A stretch of 59,380 nucleotides of DNA, the filler included. It is 3 parts of 3 records of this genome, joined end to end, with 100 filler letters (N's around TTAATTAATTAA, not from the genome) between each part and the next. Parts side by side here need not be neighbours in the genome. Positions count along the whole stretch, not along the records: positions 33,259 to 59,380 come from DRR723986_18341; 2 more parts are not named here. The stretch is one strand, 5' to 3'. The notes under the pieces were generated by a model, which had not been told where the DNA came from, searched no databases, and saw nothing but the letters and a program-made list of their open reading frames with translations. Positions 59,321-59,380 of the stretch are shown piece by piece. Position 1 is the first letter of the stretch, and every line of letters starts with the position of its first letter. Made by a program: the position numbers and the translations under genes.

Positions 59321-59380
59321 AAAATATGAGCATCCGCAATGATGCCAGTAGCCTTAGATTCTTTGCTTATCTGGTCGGAA
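59321..59380. repeat. Dispersed element, copy 3, inverted and cut by window end
   Basis: ATGAGCATCCGCAATGATGCCAGTAGCCTTAGATTCTTTGCTTATCTGGT matches the reverse complement of the 3' end of copies 1 and 2. Confidence 0.85.

Overview
This window is not one locus. Three unrelated contigs are joined by two artificial 100-nt spacers (44 N + TTAATTAATTAA + 44 N, at 20246-20345 and 33159-33258). Taxa are inferred from gene content and by-eye base composition. Segment 1 (1-20245, higher GC) looks like a planctomycete (Pirellulaceae-like): DUF1559 gene end plus partner lipoprotein, MerA/Lpd-like flavoprotein reductase, two divergent histidine-kinase-like genes, a fused TIGR04282+TIGR04283 glycosyltransferase, a 1.5k-aa PQQ-propeller/TPR protein, HtrA, HrpB, an orphan receiver protein, a DUF1080 protein and a sulfotransferase-like gene. 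Segment 2 (20346-33158) looks alphaproteobacterial: OmpA, DAACS symporter, queC-queE and queF, hspQ, a coupled sseA-metC-modB-modC run and a HAMP-GGDEF(degenerate)-EAL gene. Segment 3 (33259-59380, AT-rich) looks like Bacteroidota (Cyclobacteriaceae/Algoriphagus-like): BlaI, M56-TonB fusion and two stand-alone TonB C-domains, DUF1080 with Gfo/Idh/MocA, a 1780-aa protein, split transketolase, bcp, M23, FAH, SGNH, S66 and an ECF sigma operon. Top leads: (1) the 1780-aa lipase-lipase-Macro-like-CHAT-TPR protein with Arg-Gly motifs at its domain junctions; (2) a three-copy structured intergenic element that carries a conserved small ORF on the opposite strand; (3) the BlaI/M56/TonB cassette whose fusion protein ends in a TonB-box-like motif. 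No rRNA, tRNA, CRISPR array or transposase was recognised.
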